Assembly: GCA_947628135.1 (NCBI GenBank)
Contig: CANQYT010000004.1
Span: 28,566 to 92,565 of the forward strand
Origin: an uncultured Clostridia bacterium
GTDB taxonomy: Bacteria; Bacillota; Clostridia; Christensenellales; CAG-314
DNA length: 64,000 nucleotides
Direction of reading: 5' to 3'
Position 1 is the stretch's first letter; each line of letters opens with the position of its first letter. Below the pieces are notes generated by a model. It did not search any database and had not been told where the DNA came from. It saw nothing but the letters and a program-made list of their open reading frames with translations. Shown in pieces: positions 1 to 9,932 of this stretch. A program made the translations under genes and the position numbers.

Positions 1-2
1 TT

Positions 3-182
<180 letters not shown>

Positions 183-192
183 CGAGGGCACA

Positions 193-1395
193 ATGAAAAT
201 ACTTGTTATCAATTCGGGAAGTTCTTCCCTCAAATATCAGTTGATAGATATGCAAACGGAGAGCGTGCTTGCAAAAGGTCTTTGCGAGCGCATAGGTATA
301 GCCAATTCCAACTTCGTCTACAAAGCGCACGGACAAACGTTCGAACAGCAAATAGATATGCCCGATCATAAGGTAGCGGTAAAGTTGGTTCTGGACAAAC
401 TAACCGACAAAAAATACGGCGTGATTTCCTCGATGAAAGAGATCGACGGCGTTGGACACCGCGTCGTTGCCTCCGGCGAAGCCTTCAAAAAGCCCACGTT
501 GGTAACGCCCGAATCGATGAGACTTATGGAGGAAATAAAGGACCTCGCGCCTCTGCACAATCCCGCGGCGATAGTGGGCGTAAACGCGTGCCTTGCGCAA
601 ATGCCAAACACGCCGATGGTGTTGGTGTTCGACACGGGTTTTCACTTTACGATGCCCGACTATGCGTATATGTACGCAGTAGATTACGCTCACTACGAAA
701 AATACAAGATACGCCGCTACGGCGCTCACGGAACAAGCCACAAATACGTTGCGGAGGAGGCGGCAAAATTCCTCGGCAAGGATATAAAGGATCTCAAAAT
801 CATCACTTGCCATCTCGGAAACGGCTCGTCGATAACGGCGGTAAAAGGCGGCAAGTGCATAGATACGTCTATGGGCTTTACCCCGCTTGCGGGAGTACCT
901 ATGGGCACTCGAAGCGGCGACATAGATTACGCCGCGGCGGAATACATCGCGCGTAAAGAAGGTATGGACGTGTCGGAAACTCTTACATACCTCAACAAAA
1001 AATGCGGAATGTTGGGTGTGTCCGGTATATCCAGCGATTTCCGCGATCTGTCCGCTGCCGCCGAACAGGGCAACGACCGCGCGCGTCTTGCGTTGGATAT
1101 GTTTGCTTACGCTACAAAAAAATACATCGGAGCGTATGCCGCCGCCCTCAATGGCGTTGACGCGATAGTCTTTACCGCTGGCATAGGCGAAAACGACGAC
1201 AAAGTGCGCGCCGCCGCGCTGAAAGATATGGATTACCTCGGAATAAAATTGGACGCCGACAAAAACGCTCGCTGCCCGAGAGGCATAGCGGCGGAAATTT
1301 CGTCGAGCGACTCCAAGGTGAAGGTCCTCGTCATACCCACCAATGAGGAATTGGTCATCGCCCGCGAGACAATGGCGGAAGCAAAGTTGGCGTAA
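193..1395 (+). CDS. ackA: acetate kinase
   Basis: 400-aa ORF with the N-terminus MKILVINSGSSSLKYQLIDM and a full-length acetate kinase signature (HRVVASGE, GAHGTSH, TCHLGNGSS). Confidence 0.97.
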   Translation: MKILVINSGSSSLKYQLIDMQTESVLAKGLCERIGIANSNFVYKAHGQTFEQQIDMPDHKVAVKLVLDKLTDKKYGVISSMKEIDGVGHRVVASGEAFKKPTLVTPESMRLMEEIKDLAPLHNPAAIVGVNACLAQMPNTPMVLVFDTGFHFTMPDYAYMYAVDYAHYEKYKIRRYGAHGTSHKYVAEEAAKFLGKDIKDLKIITCHLGNGSSITAVKGGKCIDTSMGFTPLAGVPMGTRSGDIDYAAAEYIARKEGMDVSETLTYLNKKCGMLGVSGISSDFRDLSAAAEQGNDRARLALDMFAYATKKYIGAYAAALNGVDAIVFTAGIGENDDKVRAAALKDMDYLGIKLDADKNARCPRGIAAEISSSDSKVKVLVIPTNEELVIARETMAEAKLA

Positions 1396-1399
1396 ATCG

Positions 1400-1428
1400 T
1401 TGACAAGGCGATAGCTTTTTTGTATAAT
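1400..1428 (+). promoter_or_regulatory. sigma-A-type promoter (TTGACA-17-TATAAT)
   Basis: TTGACA at 1400-1405 and TATAAT at 1423-1428 with a 17-nt spacer. The -10 box ends 2 nt before the ATG of the DUF177 ORF (see findings). Confidence 0.4.
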
Positions 1429-1429
1429 A

Positions 1430-1933
1430 ATGATTGTGTCTGACAGGATCATAGTAGATTTGACGGATAATTTCGCGCGCGTAGGCGAGCCGACGGACTT
1501 TAAGTGCGAGTGCAAATTGGATGACGGATTGCTTCCCTACCCCAACGCGAAACTCGCAAAAGTGGAAGTGCGGCTCAAAATCACCTACTTAAAGCCGAAC
1601 GTGCTTGCGGAGGGAACGCTGCGTTGTCACGTCGAGGGTTTCTGCGACAGGTGTCTTACGCCTGTTTCCCGACAAATCGAATTGCCTTTTTGCCAGACGT
1701 TCTACAAAGACATTGCGGACGAGGACGACGGTTACGTTTATTCGGACAGTAAGATGGACGCAACCAAAGCTGTGTGCGACGAAATAGCGCTGTCTGTTCC
1801 GAGCGGATTGCTTTGCAAGGAGGATTGCAAGGGATTGTGTCCTAAATGCGGAGCAAATCTCAACGAAGAACAGTGCGACTGCGACACGTCTCGCGACAAT
1901 GCTTTCGCCGCACTCAAAAATCTAAAATTCTAA
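1430..1933 (+). CDS. DUF177 (YceD/YlbN) family protein
   Basis: 167-aa acidic protein with a C-terminal Cys cluster (CKEDCKGLCPKCGANLNEEQCDC). It sits immediately upstream of rpmF, the conserved YceD-L32 pairing. Confidence 0.85.
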   Translation: MIVSDRIIVDLTDNFARVGEPTDFKCECKLDDGLLPYPNAKLAKVEVRLKITYLKPNVLAEGTLRCHVEGFCDRCLTPVSRQIELPFCQTFYKDIADEDDGYVYSDSKMDATKAVCDEIALSVPSGLLCKEDCKGLCPKCGANLNEEQCDCDTSRDNAFAALKNLKF

Positions 1934-1948
1934 CGGAGGTGCATTACT

Positions 1949-2137
1949 ATGGCAGTACCCAAGAGAAAAACATCTAAACAAAGAAAGCACACGAGAGCCG
2001 CCAATTGGAAGGCTAACGCTGCTACTTTGGTGGAATGTCCTCAATGCCACGAGTTGAAAGCCGCGCACAAGGTTTGCGAAAACTGCGGTTACTACGACGG
2101 TAAACAAGTGGTGGAAGTTTCCGCTGACAAAAAGTAA
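1949..2137 (+). CDS. rpmF: 50S ribosomal protein L32
   Basis: MAVPKRKTSKQRKHTRAANWKA with CxxC...CxxC. A GGAGG RBS lies 9 nt upstream. Confidence 0.97.
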   Translation: MAVPKRKTSKQRKHTRAANWKANAATLVECPQCHELKAAHKVCENCGYYDGKQVVEVSADKK

Positions 2138-2160
2138 TTTTATCGGATCGACCGATACCA

Positions 2161-2188
2161 AAGCCATCGGCAGCAGTCGGTGGCTTTT
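2161..2188 (+). terminator. possible intrinsic terminator after rpmF
   Basis: Imperfect hairpin aagccatcgg...tcggtggctttt followed by a short T run. Confidence 0.3.
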
Positions 2189-2255
2189 GCAATGTGAAAC
2201 AATCGGATATTTTTGATATATTTTGTGAAACAACTCGGATTTTGAGCGTATATTA

Positions 2256-2284
2256 TTGCAAAAATATTATTTATGGTATATAAT
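2256..2284 (+). promoter_or_regulatory. sigma-A-type promoter upstream of rnc
   Basis: TTGCAA at 2256-2261, 17-nt spacer, TATAAT at 2279-2284. Confidence 0.4.
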
Positions 2285-2317
2285 AATCAATAACTGCACT
2301 TGCGACAGACGGACATT

Positions 2318-2995
2318 ATGGAAAAACGGATCATCGGCGAAATAGAAAAGAAATTGAATTACGTTTTCCGCGACAAGCGGTTGTTGGAACAGGCGTTTAC
2401 TCATTCTTCGTATGCCAACGCCGAAAACGTTGCCGACAACGAACGAATGGAATTTTTCGGGGACGCTATTCTGGAATATCTTTCGTCGGAATATCTTTAC
2501 GAGCGATTTGACGTTTGCCGCGAAGGCGAGTTGTCCGCAATGCGCGCAAAACTCGTATCGGCGGAGGGGTTGTTTCCCGTGGTGGACAAACTCGGGCTGA
2601 CCACATATTTGCGAGCGTTGAACGGCGTTCCGTCGCACAAGACGGAAGCCAACCTGTACGAAGCGGTGCTGTGCGCCGTCTATCTGGACGGCGGTATGCA
2701 ATGCGCAAGGGAATTTTTTCTGTATTCTATGAGATACAGTTTGCAAAACGCCTTGAAAGCGCTCAAAAAGGACGGTAAAACTCTCTTGCAAGAGTACTGT
2801 CAAAAGCGGAAACTTTCGGTGGAATACAAATTCGTCGGGCGCGAAGGACCGGACAACAAACCGTTGTTTCATTGCGAACTTATCGTAAACGGTAAAAAGG
2901 AAGCGGAAGGCAACGGATTAAGCAAAAAAGCGGCGGAGCAGGACGCCGCGAACAAATTAGTGGAAAATTGGAGAATAGACAAGTGCTATATCTGA
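2318..2995 (+). CDS. rnc: ribonuclease III
   Basis: The RNase III signature ERMEFFGDAILE and a C-terminal dsRBD (GEGNGLSKKAAEQDAA) are present. ATG at 2318 is preferred over the upstream TTG at 2300. Confidence 0.95.
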   Translation: MEKRIIGEIEKKLNYVFRDKRLLEQAFTHSSYANAENVADNERMEFFGDAILEYLSSEYLYERFDVCREGELSAMRAKLVSAEGLFPVVDKLGLTTYLRALNGVPSHKTEANLYEAVLCAVYLDGGMQCAREFFLYSMRYSLQNALKALKKDGKTLLQEYCQKRKLSVEYKFVGREGPDNKPLFHCELIVNGKKEAEGNGLSKKAAEQDAANKLVENWRIDKCYI

Positions 2996-5900
2996 AAAAA
3001 GTCGAAATGTACGGTTTCAAAAGTTTTGCCGACAAGGTCGAACTCAAATTCGACCAACCGATAACGGGCATAGTCGGACCTAACGGCTGCGGAAAGAGCA
3101 ACATTTCCGACGCCATACGTTGGGTGTTGGGCGAACAAAGCACAAAAAATCTGCGCGGCAAGCAGATGCAGGACTTGATATTCAACGGAACGGATACGCG
3201 CAAGTCTATGAGTTACTGCGAAGTGTCGTTGTTTTTCGACAACACCACGCGGCTGTTCAGCATACCGATGGACGAAATAATCATAAGCCGCAAATTGTAT
3301 CGCAACAACGAAAGCGAATACTTGCTCAATCGCAACGTGGTGCGTTTGAAGGACATTTTGCAATTGTTGCGCGGAGTGGGGCTTGGAAAAGACGGCTATT
3401 CCATCGTGGGACAAGGACGTATGGACGCGATACTCAACGCCCGTCCCGAGGACAGGCGCGCCATTTTCGAGGAAGCCCTCGGCATATCCTCTTTCCGCGT
3501 GCAAAAGGTGGACACGGAGCGCAGGTTGGAAAAGACTCGTACCAATATGCAGCAGATCGCCATTCTTATGGAGGAGATGAAGCGGCATTTGCCCGATTTG
3601 AAGCGGCAATCTACCATTGCAAAGAAATATATCGAAATTTACGACGAATTGCGTCTGTGCGAGATAAACGCTTACATCTACGGCTACGACAACGCCAGCA
3701 AAGAAAAGGAAGAGGGAAAGAAACTTCTCGAAGGTCTCAAAGAGGAGTACAATCTGCGCGAATCGCAATTTGCCGAGATCAACGAACGGCACGACGAGGC
3801 ATTCCACCGTCGCAACAACGTGGACGCCGAAATTGCCGCCCTGCGTGACAAACAAGTCAGTTTGGCTGTCGAAGTTCAGAGGAGCGTCGGCGAAAAGGAC
3901 TTGATCCGCGAACGTATCAACAATTGCGAACGCGACATTCAAGCCAATGAGGAGGCGATTGCCTCCGACACGCAGGAAATAGAACGTCTCATGCGCATAA
4001 ACGAGGAAACGAGCGCGCTGCTTGTGCGCCGCAATGAAGAAAAACAGTCCCTCGAAAAGGAGATCGGCTCTGCCAACGAACAGTTCGCCGACGTAAATAA
4101 ACGCGTTGAGGACGTAAACGAGCGCACCGAAACGCTCCGTAAAAAGTTGGACGAAGCCATTCGTGCCGTTGCCGAAGTACAAAACAAGGTCGTTGCCTTG
4201 CAGACGGAAAAAGAGACTTTGTGCGAACGGTTGGAACAGATAACCCGCAACGAGGAGGAACTCACTCAAAAACTCAAAGAAACCGCAGGCGAGGAGGGCG
4301 ACTTGCTCGGTCAGTACGACAAACTGCGTAAAGAAAAGGAAAGTTTGGAGGCTTCTCTGCGTAAAGCGACGCAGCAAATCAAAGAGGAGGAGTTCCGTCA
4401 ATTCAATCTCAACAAGGAACTCACCCGCAGACAGCAGGCGTATTCCGGCGAAAAGGGCGGTATCGATATGCTGCAAGACTTCGCCGCAAACTACCGCGGT
4501 TATCAGCCCACAATCCAATACCTAATGAACGACGCTAAGCGCGACAAGGCGCTTGCCTCGCACATCTGCGGCTCTGTCGGAGATTTGATAAAGGTCGAAC
4601 CTAAATTGCAGACCGCGATAGAGGCGGCTTTGGGCGGCAGGTTGCAAAACATCGTTACGGAAACGGAAGAAGACGTCAAGTATCTGATAAATTACCTCAA
4701 AATAAACGACTACGGCAAAGCGACGTTTTTACCCGTAAGTTCTATGAAACCGCACGGGATAGAGCGCGCGGAAGTACTCGACGAAAAGGGCGTGCTTGGG
4801 ATAGCGTCGGAACTTATCTCCTTTGACAAGCACTACGACAACGTTATGGAATCGCTTTTGGGCGGCGTCGTGGTGGTGGATACGTTCGACAACGCAATTT
4901 CCATAAGCCGCAAATACCGCTACGCGCACCGAATGGTCACGCTTACGGGCGAGCGCGTTTCCAACGACGGCTCGTTGGAGGGCGGTAGCAATCGCAAACA
5001 AAGCGGATCGGGAATACTTTCCTACGAAACGGAACTTGCCGAGCGCAAAGAGAAATTGGCTGTTTTGCTGAAAGAATTACAGCAGACGGAGGCGGAAAAG
5101 ACACAGTCCGACGCTCTTCTTGCGCAGTTGCGCGGCAACGCAAGCAAACTCAACGACAGACTTAACGCTCTCAAAGTGGATATCGCCACCGCAAAGGAGC
5201 GCATAGAAACGTCCAACACGCTGAGCAACAGCGACAAAAAGAACGTTTTGCAGTTGGCGGGCGAAAGGGAGAAAATTGCCGCACGCCTCACGCAAATAGA
5301 CGTTTCGCTCAAAAAAGTGGAAATCCGCGCAAAAGAGTTGGACGCCGCCGAAAAGCAGTTGCGTGAGAAATCCGACCACGTACGTGAAATCGTCCAGATG
5401 GAGATATCCGCAAAGGACGCTGTTTCCGCAAGTTTGTCCGACAAGCGTTACCGTCTTGCTGTGCTTACTGCAAACATCGAAGTGGCGGAAAAGGACATAA
5501 AAACCAATACCGACGCTGTCGCTTCCTTGCGCGACGGCATACGCAGCCGCGAAGCATACGTGTCTCAGGTGCGTTTGGCTATCGACGGGCTGTACGCCGC
5601 AATGAACGAAAACGTCACCGACAGCAACTTGCAGGAAGAAATGTCCGCGTTGTTGGAGCAAATCAAGCAATCCGACACCCTCAAAGCGCAGTTGGAGCAA
5701 GATTATCAATTCCTCACCGAAGAGAGAACGCGCCTCAGCAACGAGTTGGGCGAATTGCGCGGCACGATAGACAAACAAGACTACATAATAAACAAAATCG
5801 ACGACGACTTGCTTGCTTTGCAGCAGAGGGTGCAGGAAGAATACGGCATAACCTATTCCGCGGCGATGCAGTACAAGGACGAAAACTACGACAACGTGGC

Positions 5901-6564
5901 GGGCAAGGAACGCATTTCCGAACTGAAAGTGCAAATACAGTCTATGGGACACGTCAACGTTTCGGCAATTCAGGAGTTGGAAGTGGAACAGGGGCGTTAC
6001 GACGATCTCGTCGCGCAAATGGACGACCTGCAAAAAGCCGAATCCGACCTCAAAAACGCGCTCGGAGAGTTGGAAGGGGACATTCAAAGCCGTTTTACCG
6101 ACGGTATGGAGCAGATCAACGACAACTTCAAAGTTATTTTCCGCGAACTGTTCAACGGCGGCAACGCCCGTCTGTACATAGACCGCGATCTTACAAAACC
6201 CGCCCTCGACCAAGGCATAGAGATAGAGGCGCAGCCCCCGGGAAAGAAATTGCAGAACATTTCACTGCTTTCCGGCGGCGAGCGCACGATGACGGCGGCG
6301 GCGATACTTTTCGCCATACTCAAATTCAATCCTATGCCCTTCTGCGTGCTGGACGAAATCGAAGCGGCATTGGACGACGCAAACGCCGAGAGAATATCCA
6401 AATATCTGCGTAAATTTTCCGCGTCTACGCAATTTGTCGTCATCACCCACAAAAAGCCCACGATGGAACACTCCGACGTGCTTTACGGCGTGACAATGGA
6501 GGAAAAGGGCGTGTCCAAGATAGTCTCCGTCAAACTTACGGACGCTATCAAACAGGCTATGTAG
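2983..6564 (+). CDS. smc: chromosome segregation protein SMC
   Basis: About 1190 aa with an N-terminal Walker A (GPNGCGKSNISDA), long coiled coils, a hinge, and a C-terminal signature motif (LSGGERTMTAAAILFA...LDEIEAALD). GTG at 2983 gives the typical (M)LYLKKVEMYGFKSF N-terminus. The ORF is open from 2968. Confidence 0.97.
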   Translation: MLYLKKVEMYGFKSFADKVELKFDQPITGIVGPNGCGKSNISDAIRWVLGEQSTKNLRGKQMQDLIFNGTDTRKSMSYCEVSLFFDNTTRLFSIPMDEIIISRKLYRNNESEYLLNRNVVRLKDILQLLRGVGLGKDGYSIVGQGRMDAILNARPEDRRAIFEEALGISSFRVQKVDTERRLEKTRTNMQQIAILMEEMKRHLPDLKRQSTIAKKYIEIYDELRLCEINAYIYGYDNASKEKEEGKKLLEGLKEEYNLRESQFAEINERHDEAFHRRNNVDAEIAALRDKQVSLAVEVQRSVGEKDLIRERINNCERDIQANEEAIASDTQEIERLMRINEETSALLVRRNEEKQSLEKEIGSANEQFADVNKRVEDVNERTETLRKKLDEAIRAVAEVQNKVVALQTEKETLCERLEQITRNEEELTQKLKETAGEEGDLLGQYDKLRKEKESLEASLRKATQQIKEEEFRQFNLNKELTRRQQAYSGEKGGIDMLQDFAANYRGYQPTIQYLMNDAKRDKALASHICGSVGDLIKVEPKLQTAIEAALGGRLQNIVTETEEDVKYLINYLKINDYGKATFLPVSSMKPHGIERAEVLDEKGVLGIASELISFDKHYDNVMESLLGGVVVVDTFDNAISISRKYRYAHRMVTLTGERVSNDGSLEGGSNRKQSGSGILSYETELAERKEKLAVLLKELQQTEAEKTQSDALLAQLRGNASKLNDRLNALKVDIATAKERIETSNTLSNSDKKNVLQLAGEREKIAARLTQIDVSLKKVEIRAKELDAAEKQLREKSDHVREIVQMEISAKDAVSASLSDKRYRLAVLTANIEVAEKDIKTNTDAVASLRDGIRSREAYVSQVRLAIDGLYAAMNENVTDSNLQEEMSALLEQIKQSDTLKAQLEQDYQFLTEERTRLSNELGELRGTIDKQDYIINKIDDDLLALQQRVQEEYGITYSAAMQYKDENYDNVAGKERISELKVQIQSMGHVNVSAIQELEVEQGRYDDLVAQMDDLQKAESDLKNALGELEGDIQSRFTDGMEQINDNFKVIFRELFNGGNARLYIDRDLTKPALDQGIEIEAQPPGKKLQNISLLSGGERTMTAAAILFAILKFNPMPFCVLDEIEAALDDANAERISKYLRKFSASTQFVVITHKKPTMEHSDVLYGVTMEEKGVSKIVSVKLTDAIKQAM

Positions 6565-6576
6565 CAGAGGTGTCAA

Positions 6577-7470
6577 ATGGGATTTTTCAAAAAAATTATC
6601 GAAGGACTCAAAAAGACCAAGGAAAACATTGGTTTCAAACTTAACCGTTTGTTCAAACGCGGGATATTCGACGACGATTTCTACGATGAATTGGAGTTTA
6701 TCCTGCTTTCTGCGGACGTGGGAGAAGAAACGTCGGTCGCCGTGATAGAGGAACTGCGCGAGCGAATGGGTAAAGACAGAGTGTCCGACCCCGAAAAAGC
6801 CAATCAATATTTGCGCAACGTGCTGACGGACATTCTCGGCGACGAAAAGTTTACCGTTTCCACCCCCTGCGTAATACTTGTTTCGGGAGTAAACGGCGTG
6901 GGCAAAACCACGACGATAGGCAAACTCGCCAATATATTTGTCAAGCAGGGCAAATCGGTGGTGATTGCCGCAGCGGACACTTTCCGTGCGGCGGCAAGCG
7001 AACAGTTGGAAGTGTGGGCTAACCGCGCAAAGGTACGCGTCATTATGCACGAGGAGGGCAGCGACCCTGCGGCGGTAGTTTTCGACGCGCTTTCTTCCGC
7101 CAAGAGCCGCGGCACTGACGTGGTGCTGGTGGACACGGCGGGCAGACTGCACAACAAAAAGAATCTTATGGAAGAACTCAAAAAAATCGACCGTGTGATA
7201 GACCGCGAATTTCCCGAAGCCGACCGCAAAAATCTTATCGTGCTGGACGCGACCACGGGACAAAACGCCATTCAGCAGGTGGAGATATTCAACGAGGCTA
7301 TCGACGTGGACGGCATTGTGCTTACCAAGTTGGACGGCACTGCAAAGGGCGGCGTTGTGTTGGCTATCAAGCACGATATGGACGTGCCCGTGTATTTTGT
7401 CGGGGTTGGCGAAGGTATCGACGACCTGTTGGAATTTGACGCGGCAAGTTACGTCGAAGGAATAATCTAA
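6577..7470 (+). CDS. ftsY: signal recognition particle receptor FtsY
   Basis: SRP-GTPase NG domain (GVNGVGKTTTIGKLA, DTAGRL, TKLDGTAKGG). Confidence 0.97.
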   Translation: MGFFKKIIEGLKKTKENIGFKLNRLFKRGIFDDDFYDELEFILLSADVGEETSVAVIEELRERMGKDRVSDPEKANQYLRNVLTDILGDEKFTVSTPCVILVSGVNGVGKTTTIGKLANIFVKQGKSVVIAAADTFRAAASEQLEVWANRAKVRVIMHEEGSDPAAVVFDALSSAKSRGTDVVLVDTAGRLHNKKNLMEELKKIDRVIDREFPEADRKNLIVLDATTGQNAIQQVEIFNEAIDVDGIVLTKLDGTAKGGVVLAIKHDMDVPVYFVGVGEGIDDLLEFDAASYVEGII

Positions 7471-7520
7471 TTCAAAGCGTTTCGGAAACATTTCTTTCTA
7501 TTTGTATATTTAATGAAAAT

Positions 7521-7545
7521 TCGCACCCCGTGTGCGATTTTTTTG
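7521..7545 (+). terminator. intrinsic terminator after ftsY
   Basis: tcgcac-cccgt-gtgcga hairpin followed by TTTTTTT. Confidence 0.6.
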
Positions 7546-7628
7546 TGTTCGACGTTGTGGTTGAGGGCTATTTTGCGGTGCGTCGCGTTACACTGACAAA
7601 ATTGCGCTGCAATAATTGCGTCAAACGC

Positions 7629-7657
7629 TTGACAGCAGCGCTTCGTTACCGTAAAAT
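7629..7657 (+). promoter_or_regulatory. sigma-A-type promoter for ylxM-ffh
   Basis: TTGACA at 7629-7634, 17-nt spacer, TAAAAT at 7652-7657. A perfect 9-bp hairpin (tgtgtaaag/ctttacaca) follows in the leader. Confidence 0.5.
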
Positions 7658-7699
7658 ATATGTGTAAAGTAAAAATGCTTTACACATCGCGAGGTGAGT

Positions 7700-8005
7700 A
7701 TGGCGCTGACGAAGATACAACTTTCTCGGTTATTGGCTGTGTACGGCGAATTACTCACCGACAAGCAAAAGGAAACTTTGACAATGTACTGCGACTGCGA
7801 CTGTTCGCTTTCGGAAATTGCCGACGAAACAGGTATATCCCGTCAAGGCGTTCGCGACGCAATAGTGAAGGGCGAGGCGATCCTGACGCGATTCGAAGAG
7901 GCGCTTGCCCTTGCCGAACTGAAAAAGGAATTGGCGGTTGCGGTGGCGCGGCAGGACAAAGACAAAGTTTTCGAAGTGGCGAAACAATTTGTATCAAAGG
8001 AGTAG
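7700..8005 (+). CDS. ylxM: UPF0122 / YlxM helix-turn-helix protein
   Basis: Small HTH protein (SLSEIADETGISRQGVRDAI) immediately upstream of ffh, as in Bacillus ylxM-ffh. Confidence 0.85.
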   Translation: MALTKIQLSRLLAVYGELLTDKQKETLTMYCDCDCSLSEIADETGISRQGVRDAIVKGEAILTRFEEALALAELKKELAVAVARQDKDKVFEVAKQFVSKE

Positions 8006-8008
8006 AAA

Positions 8009-9319
8009 ATGGCTGCATTTTCAAACCTGACGGAAAGAATAAACCACGTGTTTGCCAAGTTGCGCAATCGCGGCGCGCTGACGGAGTTGGAGATAAAGCA
8101 GGCTATGCGCGAAGTACGCGTTGCCCTGTTGGAAGCGGACGTAAACTTTGCCGTCGCAAAAGACTTCATCAACAAAGTGTCCGAATTGGCTGTGGGAGAG
8201 GAAGTTTTGAAGAGCCTCACTCCCGGTCAGCAGGTGATAAAGATCGTCAACGAACAACTCGTCGAATTGCTCGGTTCTACGCAAAGTAAACTTGGCGTAA
8301 GCCCCAAATTGCCTACGGTGATTATGATGTGCGGACTTCAAGGCGCGGGCAAGACCACGATGTGCGGCAAACTTGCTCTGTATTTGCAAAAGCAGGGCAA
8401 GCGCGTGCTGTTGTGCGCCGACGACATTTACCGTCCCGCCGCTATCAAACAGTTGGAAATAGTCGCCTCCAAGGCGAAGGCGGGCTTCTTCGAGATGGGG
8501 CAAAGCAATCCCACAAAGATCGCGCAAAGTGCCGTCGCTTACGCCGAAAAGAACGGTTTCGACACGGTCATCGTAGACACGGCGGGACGGCTTCACATCA
8601 ACGAAGAGTTGATGAACGAACTCAAAGCCATCAAAAAAGCCGTAAACGTGTACGAAACGCTGTTGGTCGTGGACGCAATGACGGGACAGGACGCGGTGAA
8701 CGTTGCAAAAACTTTCGACGAGCAGTTGGACATTACGGGCGTGATAATCACCAAATTGGACGGCGACACGCGCGGCGGCGCAACCTTGTCGATAAAGGCT
8801 GTTACGGGCAAACCGATAAAGTTTGTCGGTACGGGCGAAAAGGCGGAAGACCTCGAACCTTTCCACCCGGACAGAATGGCGTCGCGTATACTCGGAATGG
8901 GTGACGTGCTTACCCTCATCGAAAAGGCGCAAACGGCGATCGACGAAGAACAGGCGGCTAAACTCGCGAAAAAACTCAAAGAATCCAACTTCGACCTCAA
9001 CGACTACTTGGAACAGTTCGAGCAGGTGGCGAATATGGGCGATCTCAACGATCTTGTCGGAATGATCCCCGGCGCAAGCAGACTGAAACTCAGCGACAAA
9101 AAGGTGGACGAGGCGCAGATAAAGCGCAACAAAGCGATAATTCAATCTATGACCAAAGAGGAGCGCGCCAACCCCAAGATACTCAATTACTCTCGCAGGA
9201 AACGTATCGCAAAGGGGTGCGGTTTGCAGGTGCAGGACGTAAATCGTCTGATAAAACAATTTGAGCAGACCTGCGATATGATGAAAAAAATGGCAAGATC
9301 CAAACGATTGCCGTTCTGA
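8009..9319 (+). CDS. ffh: signal recognition particle protein Ffh
   Basis: NG domain (GLQGAGKTTMCGKLA, DTAGRL, TKLDGDTRGG) plus a Met-rich M domain. Confidence 0.98.
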   Translation: MAAFSNLTERINHVFAKLRNRGALTELEIKQAMREVRVALLEADVNFAVAKDFINKVSELAVGEEVLKSLTPGQQVIKIVNEQLVELLGSTQSKLGVSPKLPTVIMMCGLQGAGKTTMCGKLALYLQKQGKRVLLCADDIYRPAAIKQLEIVASKAKAGFFEMGQSNPTKIAQSAVAYAEKNGFDTVIVDTAGRLHINEELMNELKAIKKAVNVYETLLVVDAMTGQDAVNVAKTFDEQLDITGVIITKLDGDTRGGATLSIKAVTGKPIKFVGTGEKAEDLEPFHPDRMASRILGMGDVLTLIEKAQTAIDEEQAAKLAKKLKESNFDLNDYLEQFEQVANMGDLNDLVGMIPGASRLKLSDKKVDEAQIKRNKAIIQSMTKEERANPKILNYSRRKRIAKGCGLQVQDVNRLIKQFEQTCDMMKKMARSKRLPF

Positions 9320-9377
9320 CGGAAAGACAGATAACAAACTATCTTTACAATAAAAAAACACAATGGAGGAACAAAAA

Positions 9378-9638
9378 ATGGCAGTAAAAATGAGATTGAC
9401 AAGAATGGGCGACAAGAAAAGTCCTTTCTACCGCGTGGTTGTCATCGACAGTCACAAGGCGCGCGACGGACAGTACGTTGACCTTGTGGGCACTTACGAC
9501 CCTCTCAACGAGAAGATAAACATCGACGTTGAAAAGGCGAAGAAGTGGGTGGCTTGCGGCGTTCAGCCCACCGAAACGGTGCGCGCGTTGCTCGTCCGCG
9601 AGAACGTTCTTCAACCGCGTAAGTCTCACAAAGCGTAG
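9378..9638 (+). CDS. rpsP: 30S ribosomal protein S16
   Basis: MAVKMRLTRMGDKKSPFYRVVV. ATG at 9378 lies inside the longer ORF that starts at 9363. Confidence 0.97.
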   Translation: MAVKMRLTRMGDKKSPFYRVVVIDSHKARDGQYVDLVGTYDPLNEKINIDVEKAKKWVACGVQPTETVRALLVRENVLQPRKSHKA

Positions 9639-9652
9639 TCGGGGTGAGCGTG

Positions 9653-9883
9653 ATGTTGGAACTTGTAACTTACATTGTCGAACAACTTGTAGACGACAAA
9701 AGCGCCGTCAACGTCACGTCCGAGGAAGCGGACGGCGTTACGACGTTGACCGTTCACGTCGCCGAAAACGACGTAGGCAAGGTTATCGGAAAACAGGGCA
9801 AGATCGCAATGTCCATTCGCGCTTTGGCTAAGGCTGTGGGCGCAAAAGAAGGCAAAAGATACAACGTCGAAATAGCCGACTGA
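9653..9883 (+). CDS. KH-domain RNA-binding protein (YlqC-like)
   Basis: GKVIGKQGKIAMSIRAL is a KH GXXG motif. The position between rpsP and rimM is conserved. Confidence 0.85.
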   Translation: MLELVTYIVEQLVDDKSAVNVTSEEADGVTTLTVHVAENDVGKVIGKQGKIAMSIRALAKAVGAKEGKRYNVEIAD

Positions 9884-9896
9884 CCGATTTGTCCGT

Positions 9897-9927
9897 TTGC
9901 CACAAGGTTTCTTGTGGCAAAATTTGT
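9897..9927 (+). terminator. perfect 10-bp hairpin between the KH gene and rimM (attenuator or processing site?)
   Basis: ttgccacaag-gttt-cttgtggcaa followed by aatttg. It sits inside an otherwise tightly packed operon. Confidence 0.35.
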
Positions 9928-9932
9928 ACGTT

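Noticed and set aside
2986-4518. Long minus-strand ORFs antisense to known genes. This 510-aa ORF is one; others are 8021-9415, 17551-19440, 19310-20830, 23375-24892, 37952-39040, 40308-41555 and 57950-59497.
   Set aside because: Each lies entirely inside a confidently identified + strand gene (smc, ffh, topA, trmFO, aspS, dxr, ispG, the 534-aa gene). Their translations are R/F/V/H/L-rich low-information sequence with no family signature and no RBS. They are typical shadow ORFs of a codon-biased sense strand.
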